In this document: positions 28,481 through 37,849 of the stretch, piece by piece | Layout: each line of letters starts with the position of its first letter | Numbering within the stretch: position 1 is the first letter of the stretch | The notes under the pieces: generated by a model | Told to the model about the DNA's origin: nothing | The model's database searches: none | The model's input: only the letters and a program-made list of their open reading frames with translations | Program-made: the position numbers and the translations under genes | Assembly (NCBI GenBank): GCA_036274735.1 | Contig: DASUFD010000053.1 | Coordinates: forward strand, 19,587-83,586 | Source of the DNA: Burkholderiales bacterium | Lineage (GTDB): Bacteria; Pseudomonadota; Gammaproteobacteria; Burkholderiales; SG8-39 | Reading direction: 5' to 3' | Length of the DNA stretch: 64,000 bases

Positions 28481-29679
28481 GTGTAGGAAAGCCCCATCGC
28501 TTCGCGCACGTCGCGCATGGTCTCGGCGGCGAGATGTCTCGCCTTCTCGCAGCCGTCCGCGACGATGTTGCGCACCAACGTCGGATCGTCCACGTAGGCC
28601 TGCGCCCGCGCGCGGATCGGCGCGAGCTCGGCGTTGACCGCCTCGATGACGGGCTGCTTGCACTCGAGGCAACCGATGCCGGCGGTGGTGCAACCCTTCT
28701 GCACCCATTGCCGGCGCGTCTCGTCCGAATAGACGAGGTGCAGGGCCCACACCGGACACTTCTCGGGGGTTCCCGGGTCGCTGCGCTTCACGCGGGCCGG
28801 GTCCGTCGGCATGGTGCGGATCTTCTTCGCCACGCTGTCCGGGTCTTCACGCAACGCGATGGCGTTGCCGTAGGACTTGGACATCTTCTGGCCGTCGAGG
28901 CCCGGCATGCGCGAAGCCGCGGTGAGGAGTACGTCGGGCTCGACGAGGATTTTTTTGCCGCCGCCCTCGAGCCATCCGTACAGCCGCTCGCGGTCGCCGC
29001 GCGAGAGGTTCTGCTGCTCGTCGAGCAGCGCCTGCGCGCGCGCCAGCGCCTCCGTCTCGCCCTGCTCCATGAACCGCCCGCGCAGCTCGTTCAGGAGCCG
29101 CGCCTTCTTGCTGCCCATCTTCTTCACTGCCGCTCTCGCCTTCTCCTCGAAGCCCGCCTCCCTGCCGTAGAGGTGGTTGAAGCGGCGTGCCACCTCGCGC
29201 GTGAACTCCACGTGCGGCACCTGGTCTTCGCCCACCGGCACGTACTTGGCGCGGTAGATGAGGATGTCGGCCGACTGCAGTAGCGGATAGCCGAGAAAGC
29301 CGTAGGTGGAAAGGTCGCGATCGACGAGCTTTTCCTGCTGGTCCTTGTAGGTCGGCACGCGCTCCAGCCAGCCGAGCGGCGTCATCATCGAGAGAAGCAG
29401 ATGCAGCTCCGCATGCTCGGGTACCTGCGACTGGATGAAGAGGATCGCCTGGCTCGGATCGACGCCGGCGGCGAGCCAGTCGATCACCATTTCCCAGCAG
29501 TTTCGCTGCACATCGCCCGGCTTCTCGTAGTCGGTGGTCAGAGCATGCCAGTCGGCGACGAAGAAGAGGCAGGGGTACTCGGCCTGCAAGCGGATCCAGT
29601 TCTTAAGCACGCCGTGATAGTGGCCGAGATGCAGGCTGCCGGTCGGCCGCATGCCGGAAAGCACGCGTGTCTCGTACAT
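28477..29679 (-). CDS. trpS: tryptophan--tRNA ligase
   Basis: ORF 400 aa. HIGH motif 'TGSLHLGHYHG' and KMSKS motif 'KMSKS'. Confidence 0.9.
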   Translation of the reverse strand: MYETRVLSGMRPTGSLHLGHYHGVLKNWIRLQAEYPCLFFVADWHALTTDYEKPGDVQRNCWEMVIDWLAAGVDPSQAILFIQSQVPEHAELHLLLSMMTPLGWLERVPTYKDQQEKLVDRDLSTYGFLGYPLLQSADILIYRAKYVPVGEDQVPHVEFTREVARRFNHLYGREAGFEEKARAAVKKMGSKKARLLNELRGRFMEQGETEALARAQALLDEQQNLSRGDRERLYGWLEGGGKKILVEPDVLLTAASRMPGLDGQKMSKSYGNAIALREDPDSVAKKIRTMPTDPARVKRSDPGTPEKCPVWALHLVYSDETRRQWVQKGCTTAGIGCLECKQPVIEAVNAELAPIRARAQAYVDDPTLVRNIVADGCEKARHLAAETMRDVREAMGLSYT

Positions 29680-29681
29680 GT

Positions 29682-30362
29682 TCAGAACACGATCGCCCGG
29701 ATCAGCGCGTCGGAAGCGCCGACCAGCGGCTGCAGCACGAAGCCCAGCACGTTGGTGACGAGCAGCAGGACGAGCAGCGGCAGCCCCCAGGGCTCGAGGC
29801 GCGCGTACTGCCCGGCGGCGCGACTCGGCAGCAGGCTCGCGGTGATGCGCCCGCCGTCGAGCGGCAGGATGGGAATCAGATTGAGGAACATGAACACGAG
29901 ATTCACGCCGATGCCGGCCTGCGCGACGAGCATGAGCGGCAGCGAGAAACCGGCGGCCGGCAACAGCACCGCGACCTTGAGAATCGCCGCCCAGGCGAGC
30001 GCCATGGCGAGGTTGGCGCCGGGCCCGGCGGCGGCGACCCAGGCCATGTGCTGGCGCGGCTTGCGCAGAGCGGAGTAGTTCACCGGGACCGGCTTCGCCC
30101 AGCCGAACAGGATGCCGGCGCCCCCGGTGAGCCGGGCGCTGAAGTACAGGATGACGAGCGGCACGATGATCGTGCCGACCAGATCGATGTGCCGCAACGG
30201 ATTCAGACTGATGCGCCCCTGGGCGTGCGCCGTCATGTCGCCGAAATGCCGCGCCACGTAGCCATGCGCCGCTTCATGCAGCGTGATCGCGAACAGCACC
30301 GGGAGGGCGTAGATGGCGACGATCTGAACGAGGGGGTTCAGAGCGAAGGAATGGACGTCCAT
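29682..30362 (-). CDS. site-2 protease (peptidase M50) family membrane metalloprotease
   Basis: ORF 226 aa with multiple TM segments. Zinc motif 'LHEAAHGYVA'. 'NLIPILPLDGG'. Confidence 0.8.
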   Translation of the reverse strand: MDVHSFALNPLVQIVAIYALPVLFAITLHEAAHGYVARHFGDMTAHAQGRISLNPLRHIDLVGTIIVPLVILYFSARLTGGAGILFGWAKPVPVNYSALRKPRQHMAWVAAAGPGANLAMALAWAAILKVAVLLPAAGFSLPLMLVAQAGIGVNLVFMFLNLIPILPLDGGRITASLLPSRAAGQYARLEPWGLPLLVLLLVTNVLGFVLQPLVGASDALIRAIVF

Positions 30363-30380
30363 CTTGCGCGGACGATTCTA

Positions 30381-31013
30381 TCAGACCGACTCGACGGAAA
30401 ACGGCGCGAGCGAGCCGCGTCCTTGACGCAGCACGAGCGGCGTGTCGCCGGTGAGATCGATGACCGTGCTCGGCTCGGCGCCGCAGCTTCCGGCGTCGAT
30501 GATCAGGTCGACCTGGCCGCCGATGCGGCGGCCGATCTCGTCCGCGTCGGCCAGCGGTTGTGCATCGCCGGGCAGGATGAGCGTCGCCGAGAGCATCGGC
30601 GCATCGAGCCCGGCGAGCAGCGCGTGCGCGACGGCATGACCGGGAATGCGCACGCCGATCGTCCTGCGCTTCGGATGCAGCAGCCGTCGCGGCAGCTCGC
30701 GGCGCGCCCGCAGGATGAAGGTATAGCTGCCCGGCGTAGCGGCCTTGATCAGGGCGAAGCGCGCGTCATCGACGATGGCATAGCGGGCGATCTCCGAGAG
30801 GTCGCGGCACATGAGCGTCAGGTGGTGGCGCTCGTCGATGCCGCGAATGCGTCGCAGCCGCTCGAGCGCCGCGCCGGCGTCCGAGAGACAGCCGAGCGCA
30901 TAGCACGAGTCCGTGGGATAGGCGACGAGCGCGCCGCGGCGAATCATGTCCGCCGCGCGGCGCGTCAAGCGGGCCTGCGGGTGGGTCGGGTGGATGGCGA
31001 ACCGTTGTGCCAT
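30381..31013 (-). CDS. yciO: YciO-like protein (TsaC/YrdC/Sua5 threonylcarbamoyl-AMP synthase family paralog)
   Basis: 210 aa from ATG 31013. Strongly resembles E. coli YciO as I recall it: 'IHPTHPQARL', 'YPTDSCYALGC', 'HLTLMCRDLSE', 'TPGSYTFIL', 'KRRTIGVRIP', 'PSTVIDLTGDTP'. Confidence 0.85.
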   Translation of the reverse strand: MAQRFAIHPTHPQARLTRRAADMIRRGALVAYPTDSCYALGCLSDAGAALERLRRIRGIDERHHLTLMCRDLSEIARYAIVDDARFALIKAATPGSYTFILRARRELPRRLLHPKRRTIGVRIPGHAVAHALLAGLDAPMLSATLILPGDAQPLADADEIGRRIGGQVDLIIDAGSCGAEPSTVIDLTGDTPLVLRQGRGSLAPFSVESV

Positions 31014-31882
31014 CAGCGAGACAGGAAATCCTCGATCAGGGCGGCGACGCGTTCGGGCTGGTCGTGGTGCAGCATGTGGCCGGCGTCGCTCACGCTGACG
31101 CGCTCGAGCGTCGCGAACGAGGCGCGTCGCTCGGCGTGGCCATGCTCGTCGATCCCCGCTCGCGCGAGCGCGTCCGAGCGCTCGGCGTCGACCCAGAGCA
31201 CGGGCGCCCGCACCTGCTGCCAGCAGGCGCGCACCTCCTCGTATCGCCAGAGCACCGGGTTGACGATCTTGTGCGCCGGATCGCCGCGCAGCACCACCGT
31301 GCCGTCGCCGGCTTCGCGCCCCCAATGGCGAGCCAGGTAGTCGGCGCGCTCGCCGCTCAGGCGCGGATTGTTCTCGCGCAGGCGCTCGGCGAGCGCCGGA
31401 AAGCCCGCGTAGGAGCGCAATCGCGGCGGCCGATGCAGCTCGTCCAGCCAGCGCGCGTAGCGCTTGGGGGCCTGCTCGGCACGCGTCGCCGCGAGACCGA
31501 AGCCCTCCAGGTTCACGAGCTTCGCCACGCGCTGCGGCCTTACGCCCGCGTAGAGGGCGGCGACATTTCCGCCCAGGCTGTGCCCCACGAGGTTCGCCGG
31601 CGCGCGCGGCGCGATCCACTCGAGCAAGAAATCCAGGTCGGCGATGTAGTCGGGAAACCAATAGCAGTCGGATCTCCCCCAGTCGCTGAGCCCGTAACCG
31701 CGCCAGTCGGGCGCGTACACATCCCACTCGCCGCGCAGCGCGTCGACCAGGAACTGAAAGGAAGCCGAGACGTCCATCCAGCCGTGCAGCAGCACCATCT
31801 TCGGTGCGCCGTCGCGGCGCCAGCGCCGGACGTGGTAGCGCAGGCCGCGGATGTCGACGAACTGGGAATCGCTAAGGCGCAA
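31013..31882 (-). CDS. alpha/beta-fold hydrolase
   Basis: ORF 289 aa. 'MVLLHGWMD' and nucleophile elbow 'GHSLGG'. C-terminal 'DAGHMLHHDQPE'. Confidence 0.75.
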   Translation of the reverse strand: MRLSDSQFVDIRGLRYHVRRWRRDGAPKMVLLHGWMDVSASFQFLVDALRGEWDVYAPDWRGYGLSDWGRSDCYWFPDYIADLDFLLEWIAPRAPANLVGHSLGGNVAALYAGVRPQRVAKLVNLEGFGLAATRAEQAPKRYARWLDELHRPPRLRSYAGFPALAERLRENNPRLSGERADYLARHWGREAGDGTVVLRGDPAHKIVNPVLWRYEEVRACWQQVRAPVLWVDAERSDALARAGIDEHGHAERRASFATLERVSVSDAGHMLHHDQPERVAALIEDFLSR

Positions 31883-33116
31883 AGGCGAAATCCACTTCTG
31901 GCCGGCGGCCGCTCATCAGGTCGGCGAGCGCCGCCGCGGAGCCGCAGGCGAGCGTCCAGCCCAGCGTGCCGTGGCCCGTGTTCAGCCAGAGACGCCGCAA
32001 CGGCGAGGGACCGATGATCGGCACGTTGTCCGGCGTCGCCGGCCGCAACCCGCTCCAGCGCTCTACCGTGGTCGCCGCGCCAAGCTGCGGAAAAAGCTGG
32101 CGCACGCGCCGCACGATCGCGGCGCAACGCACCTCGTTGATGGACGTGTCGTAGCCGGCGAGCTCCGCGGTGCCGGCTGCGCGCAGGCGCGCGCCCAGCC
32201 GGGAGATGACGATCTTCATGCTCTCGTCGGTCAGGCTGACGGTCGGGGCCGCGTCCTCCTCGGCAGGTCCGAGCGGCAGCGTGATGGAGTATCCCTTGAG
32301 CGGGTACACCGGGAGACGGATGCCCACGGTGCGCAGGAGCGGCGCGCTGTACGCGCCAAGGGCGACCACGTAGGCATCGGCGGAGAGCTTCCCGGTCGTC
32401 GTTTCGAGAGCGCGGATTTCCCCGCCGCTCGTTTCGAGCGCGATCACGCTCGTCGCCGTGGCGAAGCGCACTCCCCTCTCCGCCGCGCGTGCCGCGAGCT
32501 CCTGGGTGAAACGATGCGCGTCGCCCGACTCGTCCTCGGGCGTGTACACGCCGCCGGCGATGCGCTCCTCGGCGTACTGCAGGGCGGGCTCGAGCGCGAG
32601 ACATTCTGCGCCCGTCTTCACTTCTCGCCGAATCCCGAGCGCACGCATCGATTCGGCGTGCTGCGCGAGCGCCGTGAAGTCGCGCTGGGTGGTGGCGAAA
32701 TGCAGGATGCCGCGCGCCAGCTCGTCGTAGCGAAGCGCCGCCTTCTCGCGCAGCTCGCGCAAACGCTCGCGGCTGTACACGGCGAGATCGGCCAGCGCCC
32801 GGCAATTGCGCTCGAAGCGGCCGGGCAGGCACTCCATGAGGAAGCGCATGCCCCAGAGCCACTGCGCGAGATCCGCGCGGGGTCGAAAGAGCAGCGGCGC
32901 ATCTTCGCGACCGAGCCAGCGCAGGATCTTCGGCAGCAGCTCGGGCTTCGCCCACGGCTCGGCATGGCCCGCGGAGATCTGTCCACCGTTGGCGAACGAC
33001 GTTTCGAGCCCGGCGGCGGGCCTGCGCTCGAGCACGGTCACCTCGTGGCCCGCCTGGGCGAGATACCAGGCGCTCGTCGTGCCGATCACGCCGGCGCCGA
33101 GAACGGCGATCTTCAC
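31872..33116 (-). CDS. D-amino acid dehydrogenase-like FAD-dependent oxidoreductase
   Basis: ORF 414 aa. 'MKIAVLGAGVIGTTSAWYLAQAGHEVTVLERRP...LETSFANGGQIS' closely mirrors the DadA N-terminus. Confidence 0.8.
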   Translation of the reverse strand: MKIAVLGAGVIGTTSAWYLAQAGHEVTVLERRPAAGLETSFANGGQISAGHAEPWAKPELLPKILRWLGREDAPLLFRPRADLAQWLWGMRFLMECLPGRFERNCRALADLAVYSRERLRELREKAALRYDELARGILHFATTQRDFTALAQHAESMRALGIRREVKTGAECLALEPALQYAEERIAGGVYTPEDESGDAHRFTQELAARAAERGVRFATATSVIALETSGGEIRALETTTGKLSADAYVVALGAYSAPLLRTVGIRLPVYPLKGYSITLPLGPAEEDAAPTVSLTDESMKIVISRLGARLRAAGTAELAGYDTSINEVRCAAIVRRVRQLFPQLGAATTVERWSGLRPATPDNVPIIGPSPLRRLWLNTGHGTLGWTLACGSAAALADLMSGRRPEVDFAFAP

Positions 33117-33133
33117 TGCCTTATGATAGCCGG

Positions 33134-33661
33134 ATGCCGCTCTTCTCCCTCGGCGACAAGCGGGTGCGCCTCGTCGGCGCCGATCACTACGTCGCCTACG
33201 ATGCGACGCTCGTAGGATCGGTGACGCTTCTCGCTGCGGCGAGCATCTGGTTCAAGGTCGTGATTCGAGCCGAGAACGACCTGATCACAGTCGGCGAGCG
33301 CAGCAACGTGCAGGACGGCTCGGTGCTGCACGTCGACCCCGGCTTTCCGCTTACTCTCGGCCGCGAGGTGACGGTCGGCCACAAGGTGATGCTGCATGGT
33401 TGCACGGTCGGCGACGGTGCGCTGATCGGCATCAACAGCGTGGTGATGAACGGGGCGAGAATCGGCGCCGGCTCCCTCGTCGGCGCCAACACCCTGATCC
33501 CCGAGGGCAAGGAAATCCCCGAAGGCGTGCTGGTGGTCGGCTCGCCCGGCAAGGTTGTGCGCGAGCTGACGGCCGAACAGAAGACCTGGCTGCGCGAAAT
33601 CGCCGACGGATACGTGAAGCGCGCTGCGCTCTACCGGCGCGAGCTCAGGCCGATCACTTAG
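33134..33661 (+). CDS. gamma-carbonic anhydrase-like hexapeptide-repeat protein
   Basis: ORF 175 aa. Left-handed beta-helix repeats and '[19 protein letters not shown]' metal-ligand His pattern. Confidence 0.8.
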   Translation: MPLFSLGDKRVRLVGADHYVAYDATLVGSVTLLAAASIWFKVVIRAENDLITVGERSNVQDGSVLHVDPGFPLTLGREVTVGHKVMLHGCTVGDGALIGINSVVMNGARIGAGSLVGANTLIPEGKEIPEGVLVVGSPGKVVRELTAEQKTWLREIADGYVKRAALYRRELRPIT

Positions 33662-34415
33662 GTGCCATGCGGATCGCCCCGTCGAGGCGAATGGTCTCTG
33701 CATTCAGCATCTCGATCTCGACGATCGCCTTGACGAGCTGCGCATATTCGGTGGGGCGGCCGAGCCGCGACGGGAAAGGTACCTGCTTGCCGAGCGACTC
33801 CTGCGCTTCCTTGGGCAGGCCCATGAGCATCGGCGTCTCGAAGATCCCCGGCGCGATCGTGCAGACGCGGATGCCGTTGCGCGAAAGGTCGCGTGCGATC
33901 GGCAGCGTCATGCCGACCACGCCGCCCTTCGACGCCGAGTAGGCGGCCTGCCCGATCTGGCCGTCGAAGGCCGCCACCGAGGCCGTGTTGACGATCACGC
34001 CCCGCTCGCCCGCGGCGTTCGGGCTCGCCTTCGTCATGGCCTCCGCGGCGAGGCGAATCATGTTGAATGTACCGAGCAGGTTCACCTTGAGCACGCGCTC
34101 GAAGCGGCCGAGGTCGTGCGGCGCCTCCTTGCCGAGGGTGCGCTCGGCGATGGCGATGCCCGCGCAGTTGACGAGCACGTGCAGCCCGCCGAACTCCTTC
34201 AGGGCGAGCGCCACGGCGGCCTTGCCGTCGGCCTCGGAAGAGACGTCGGTCTTGGCGAAGCGTCCGCCGAGCTCGCGGGCGAGCTTCTCTCCCGCCTCGG
34301 CCTGCATGTCGGCGATGAGCACCTTGGCGCCATTCTCGGCGGCCATGCGAGCGGTCGCCGCGCCGAGGCCGGAAGCGCCGCCGGTGACGAGAAAGACGCT
34401 GTTCTTGATCTGCAT
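33654..34415 (-). CDS. short-chain dehydrogenase/reductase, 3-hydroxyacyl-CoA dehydrogenase type-2-like
   Basis: ORF 253 aa. 'VTGGASGLG', 'NCAGI', catalytic 'YSASKGG'. Confidence 0.85.
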   Translation of the reverse strand: MQIKNSVFLVTGGASGLGAATARMAAENGAKVLIADMQAEAGEKLARELGGRFAKTDVSSEADGKAAVALALKEFGGLHVLVNCAGIAIAERTLGKEAPHDLGRFERVLKVNLLGTFNMIRLAAEAMTKASPNAAGERGVIVNTASVAAFDGQIGQAAYSASKGGVVGMTLPIARDLSRNGIRVCTIAPGIFETPMLMGLPKEAQESLGKQVPFPSRLGRPTEYAQLVKAIVEIEMLNAETIRLDGAIRMAPK

Positions 34416-34474
34416 TAAAAGCCCCCGGAGGAATAGGTCAATGCGGGAAAAAACTGGCCGATAATTCTAACCGC

Positions 34475-37400
34475 ATGCAGCTGGGATTCGGCATTCGCTT
34501 CAGCGACTTGTACGAGCGCGAGGGGCTCCTCCGCGTGGACCGCTCTTTCCTCGCCTTCCTCGGCGAGGCGAACGGCGCGCTGCGCGAGCGCCTGCTCGCG
34601 GCGCGCGCGCAGTTGCCCGCCGCGAAGGCGGAGTCGGAGCTGCTGGTCGACCTCGCGCCGCATGTCGAGGATTTCCTCGCGCGCCTGTTCGCCATCGAGC
34701 GCGAGGCGCGCGCGCTCGCCGCGCGCCACAACGAGCTCGCTCCGCTCTACTCGGTGAAGCGCCAATTCGTGCAGCGCCGCGCGCTGCATAAGGTCAAGGC
34801 GACCGAGCTGGAGGGCTTCGAGCCGCAACAGGCGATTGACCGGCTGTTCGGCGGCAGCTTCACCGAGCTCGACTTTGCGCGGCGCGTGAGCGAGTGGCTC
34901 GCCGACGAAGCCGAAAATGCCGCGGAGCTCGAGCTTGCGGCACGCTACGCCGCGTGGGCGACGCTCACGCCGGCCGGCAAGGCGAAGCATGGCACCGGCG
35001 TGCTCTTCAAGGCGCCGCACAAGCTCGACTACATGAAGCTCATCCCCGTGCCGATCGAGCCGCGCCGGCGCGAAGGCTTCGCGCTCACCGATCCCGGCAC
35101 CGATCTCGTGGGAGCGCTCGACGAGGCGAACTACTGCATCTGGTGCCACGAGCAGGGCAAGGACTCGTGCTCGAAGGGCCTGAAGGAGAAGCCGCCGGTC
35201 GAAGGTTTTCGCAAGAGCGTGTTCGGCGTTCCCCTCGCCGGCTGCCCTCTGGAAGAAAGGATCTCGGAGTTTCAAATGGTGAAGGCGCGCGGCGAGCCGC
35301 TGGCCGCGCTCGGCATCATCAGCGTTGACAACCCCATGGTCGCCGGCACCGGCCATCGCATCTGCAACGACTGCATGAAGTCGTGCATTTATCAGAAGCA
35401 GGAGCCGGTGAACATTCCCCAGGCGGAGACGCGCACGCTCAAAGACGTGCTGGAGCTGCCCTACGGCTTCGAGATCTACTCGCTGCTCACTCGCTGGAAC
35501 CCCTTCGACCTGCGTCGGCCTCATCCCAGGCCGGCTTCCGGAAAGCGCGTCCTCGTGGTCGGGCTCGGGCCGGCCGGCTTCACGCTCGCGCACCACCTGC
35601 TGAACGAGGGCCACACGGTGGTGGGCATCGATGGGCTGAAGATCGAGCCGCTGGACGCGGAAGTTTCCGGCGTCGATCCCCTTGGCAGTCGTGTGCCGTT
35701 TGCGCCGATCAAGAGCATCGCCGGCCTGCGCGAGCCGCTCGACGAGCGCGTCATGGCCGGGTTCGGCGGGGTCGCAGAGTACGGCATCACCGTGCGCTGG
35801 GACAAGAACTTCCTGAAAATCATTCGCCTGCTCCTCGAGCGACGTCGGCAGTTCGCGATGTTCGGTGGCGTGCGCTTCGGCGGCACGCTGACCATCGACG
35901 AGGCCTTCGCGCGCGGCTTCGACCATATCGCGCTGTGCGCCGGCGCGGGACGGCCCACGGTGCTCGACATTCCGAACGGCTTCGCGCGCGGCGTGCGCGC
36001 CGCCTCCGATTTCCTCATGGCGCTGCAGCTCACCGGGGCGGCCAAGCGCGAGTCGATCGCCAACCTGCAGATCCGCCTGCCGATCGTCGTCATCGGCGGC
36101 GGCCTGACCGCGATCGACACCGCGACCGAGTCGCTCGCCTATTACGCGGTGCAGGTCGAGAAGTTCCTCGCGCGCTACGAATCGCTTGAAGAGAAGCCGT
36201 CGTGGAACGCCGAGGAGCGCGGGATCGCCGAGGAGTTCCTCGCCCACGCGCGCGCCTTGAGGGTGGCGAAGCCGGCCGAGCGCCGGCAGTTGTTGAAGGC
36301 TTGGGGGGGTTCGACCATCGCCTACCGGCGACGGCTGATCGACAGTCCGTCCTACACGCTCAACCATGAAGAGGTCGCGAAGGCCCTCGAGGAAGGCATC
36401 GTCTTCTCGGAGAACCTGACGCCCGCCCGGATCGAGGTCGATCGCTACGGCCACGCGCGCGCCGTACGCTTCACCAATGCCGAAGGCCAGACGGTCGAGC
36501 TGCCGGCGCGCTCGGTGCTCGTCGCCGCCGGAACGCAGCCCAACACGGTGCTCGCCCGCGAGGAAGGCGTGAGCCTCGCGCTGGACGGAAAGTATTTTCT
36601 CGCCTGCGACGAGCACGGCAACCCGGTGCGGCCGGAGCGCCAGACGTCCAAGCCCAAGCAGCCCGACGTGCTGCTGCATCGTTATGCCGACGGCCGCTTC
36701 ATGAGCTTCTTCGGCGACCTCCATCCTTCCTATTTCGGCAACGTGGTGAAGGCGATGGGCAGCGCGAAGCAGGGCTACCCGGTCCTGAACCGTGTGCTTG
36801 CACGCCGGGAGCCGGCTTCACCGCTCGACGACGCGAAGTTCCTTGCCGAGCTCAACCGCGAGCTGCGTGCCGTGGTGCATGATGTGCGCCGCCTCACGCC
36901 GACCATCGTCGAGGTCGTGCTGCGCGCTCCGGTCGCCGCGCGCCGCTTCCAGCCCGGGCAGTTCTATCGGCTGCAGAATTTCGAGACCCTCGCCCTGCGC
37001 GTGCCCGGGACCACGCTCGCCATGGAAGGGCTGGCGCTGACCGGCGCGTGGGTGGACCGCGAGAAGGGCCTGATTTCCGTCATCGCGCTTGAGATGGGCG
37101 GCTCGGCCGATCTGCTCGCCTACTTGGGCGTGGGTGAGCCGGTCATCCTCATGGGGCCGACCGGCACGCCGACGGAGATTGCGCACGGCGAGACCGTGAC
37201 CCTCGTGGGCGGCGGGTTGGGCAACGCCGTCCTTTTTTCGATCGGCCGCGCGCTGCGCGCCGCCGGGTCGCGGGTCATCTATTTCGCCGGCTACAAGCAT
37301 GTCGGCGACCGCTACCGCATCGACGACATCGAAGCGGCGTCCGACGTCGTCGTCTGGTGCTGCGACGAGCCCCCCGGCTTCGCGCCGCGGCGCAAGCAGG

Positions 37401-37849
37401 ATCGCGCCTTCATCGGCAACATCGTCCAGGCGATGGTGGCCTACGCGTCGGGGGCCCTCGGCGAGCAGGCGATCGCCTTTTCCGCGACCGATCGCATCAT
37501 CGCCATTGGTTCCGACCGGATGATGGCCGCCGTCGCCCTGGCACGCCACGGCGCGCTCAAACCCTACCTCAAGGCATCGCACGTCGCCATCGGCTCGATC
37601 AATTCGCCGATGCAGTGCATGATGAAGGAGATCTGTGCTCAGTGCCTTCAGCCGCATGTTGACCCGGCCAGCGGCAAGACGAGCTACGTCTTCTCTTGCT
37701 TCAATCAGGATCAGCCGCTCGACCAGGTGGATTTCGCCGCGCTCGCCCAGCGCCTCGCCCAGAACGGCGTGCAGGAGAAGCTGACCGCGCTCTGGATCCA
37801 GCGCTGCCTCAAGCTCCTGCCGCCGCCCGCCGAGCGGAAAGCGGCTTAG
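34475..37849 (+). CDS. large fused iron-sulfur flavoprotein: unknown helical N-domain + GltD/NfnB-like pyridine-nucleotide oxidoreductase + PyrK/NfnA-like FNR module
   Basis: ORF 1124 aa with high GC3. Cys clusters 'CIWCHEQGKDSCSKG' and 'CNDCMKSC'. Rossmann motifs 'VVGLGPAGFTLA' and 'VIGGGLTAID'. C-terminal FNR-like 'FQPGQFYRLQ', 'LVGGGLGNAVLFS' and terminal cluster 'CMMKEICAQC...SCF'. Confidence 0.7.
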   Translation: MQLGFGIRFSDLYEREGLLRVDRSFLAFLGEANGALRERLLAARAQLPAAKAESELLVDLAPHVEDFLARLFAIEREARALAARHNELAPLYSVKRQFVQRRALHKVKATELEGFEPQQAIDRLFGGSFTELDFARRVSEWLADEAENAAELELAARYAAWATLTPAGKAKHGTGVLFKAPHKLDYMKLIPVPIEPRRREGFALTDPGTDLVGALDEANYCIWCHEQGKDSCSKGLKEKPPVEGFRKSVFGVPLAGCPLEERISEFQMVKARGEPLAALGIISVDNPMVAGTGHRICNDCMKSCIYQKQEPVNIPQAETRTLKDVLELPYGFEIYSLLTRWNPFDLRRPHPRPASGKRVLVVGLGPAGFTLAHHLLNEGHTVVGIDGLKIEPLDAEVSGVDPLGSRVPFAPIKSIAGLREPLDERVMAGFGGVAEYGITVRWDKNFLKIIRLLLERRRQFAMFGGVRFGGTLTIDEAFARGFDHIALCAGAGRPTVLDIPNGFARGVRAASDFLMALQLTGAAKRESIANLQIRLPIVVIGGGLTAIDTATESLAYYAVQVEKFLARYESLEEKPSWNAEERGIAEEFLAHARALRVAKPAERRQLLKAWGGSTIAYRRRLIDSPSYTLNHEEVAKALEEGIVFSENLTPARIEVDRYGHARAVRFTNAEGQTVELPARSVLVAAGTQPNTVLAREEGVSLALDGKYFLACDEHGNPVRPERQTSKPKQPDVLLHRYADGRFMSFFGDLHPSYFGNVVKAMGSAKQGYPVLNRVLARREPASPLDDAKFLAELNRELRAVVHDVRRLTPTIVEVVLRAPVAARRFQPGQFYRLQNFETLALRVPGTTLAMEGLALTGAWVDREKGLISVIALEMGGSADLLAYLGVGEPVILMGPTGTPTEIAHGETVTLVGGGLGNAVLFSIGRALRAAGSRVIYFAGYKHVGDRYRIDDIEAASDVVVWCCDEPPGFAPRRKQDRAFIGNIVQAMVAYASGALGEQAIAFSATDRIIAIGSDRMMAAVALARHGALKPYLKASHVAIGSINSPMQCMMKEICAQCLQPHVDPASGKTSYVFSCFNQDQPLDQVDFAALAQRLAQNGVQEKLTALWIQRCLKLLPPPAERKAA

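Noticed and set aside
34415-36724. 769-aa ORF antisense to the 1124-aa oxidoreductase
   Set aside because: It has no motifs and an Arg/Ala/Glu-rich composition. The sense strand carries clear Fe-S and Rossmann motifs and proper third-position GC bias.
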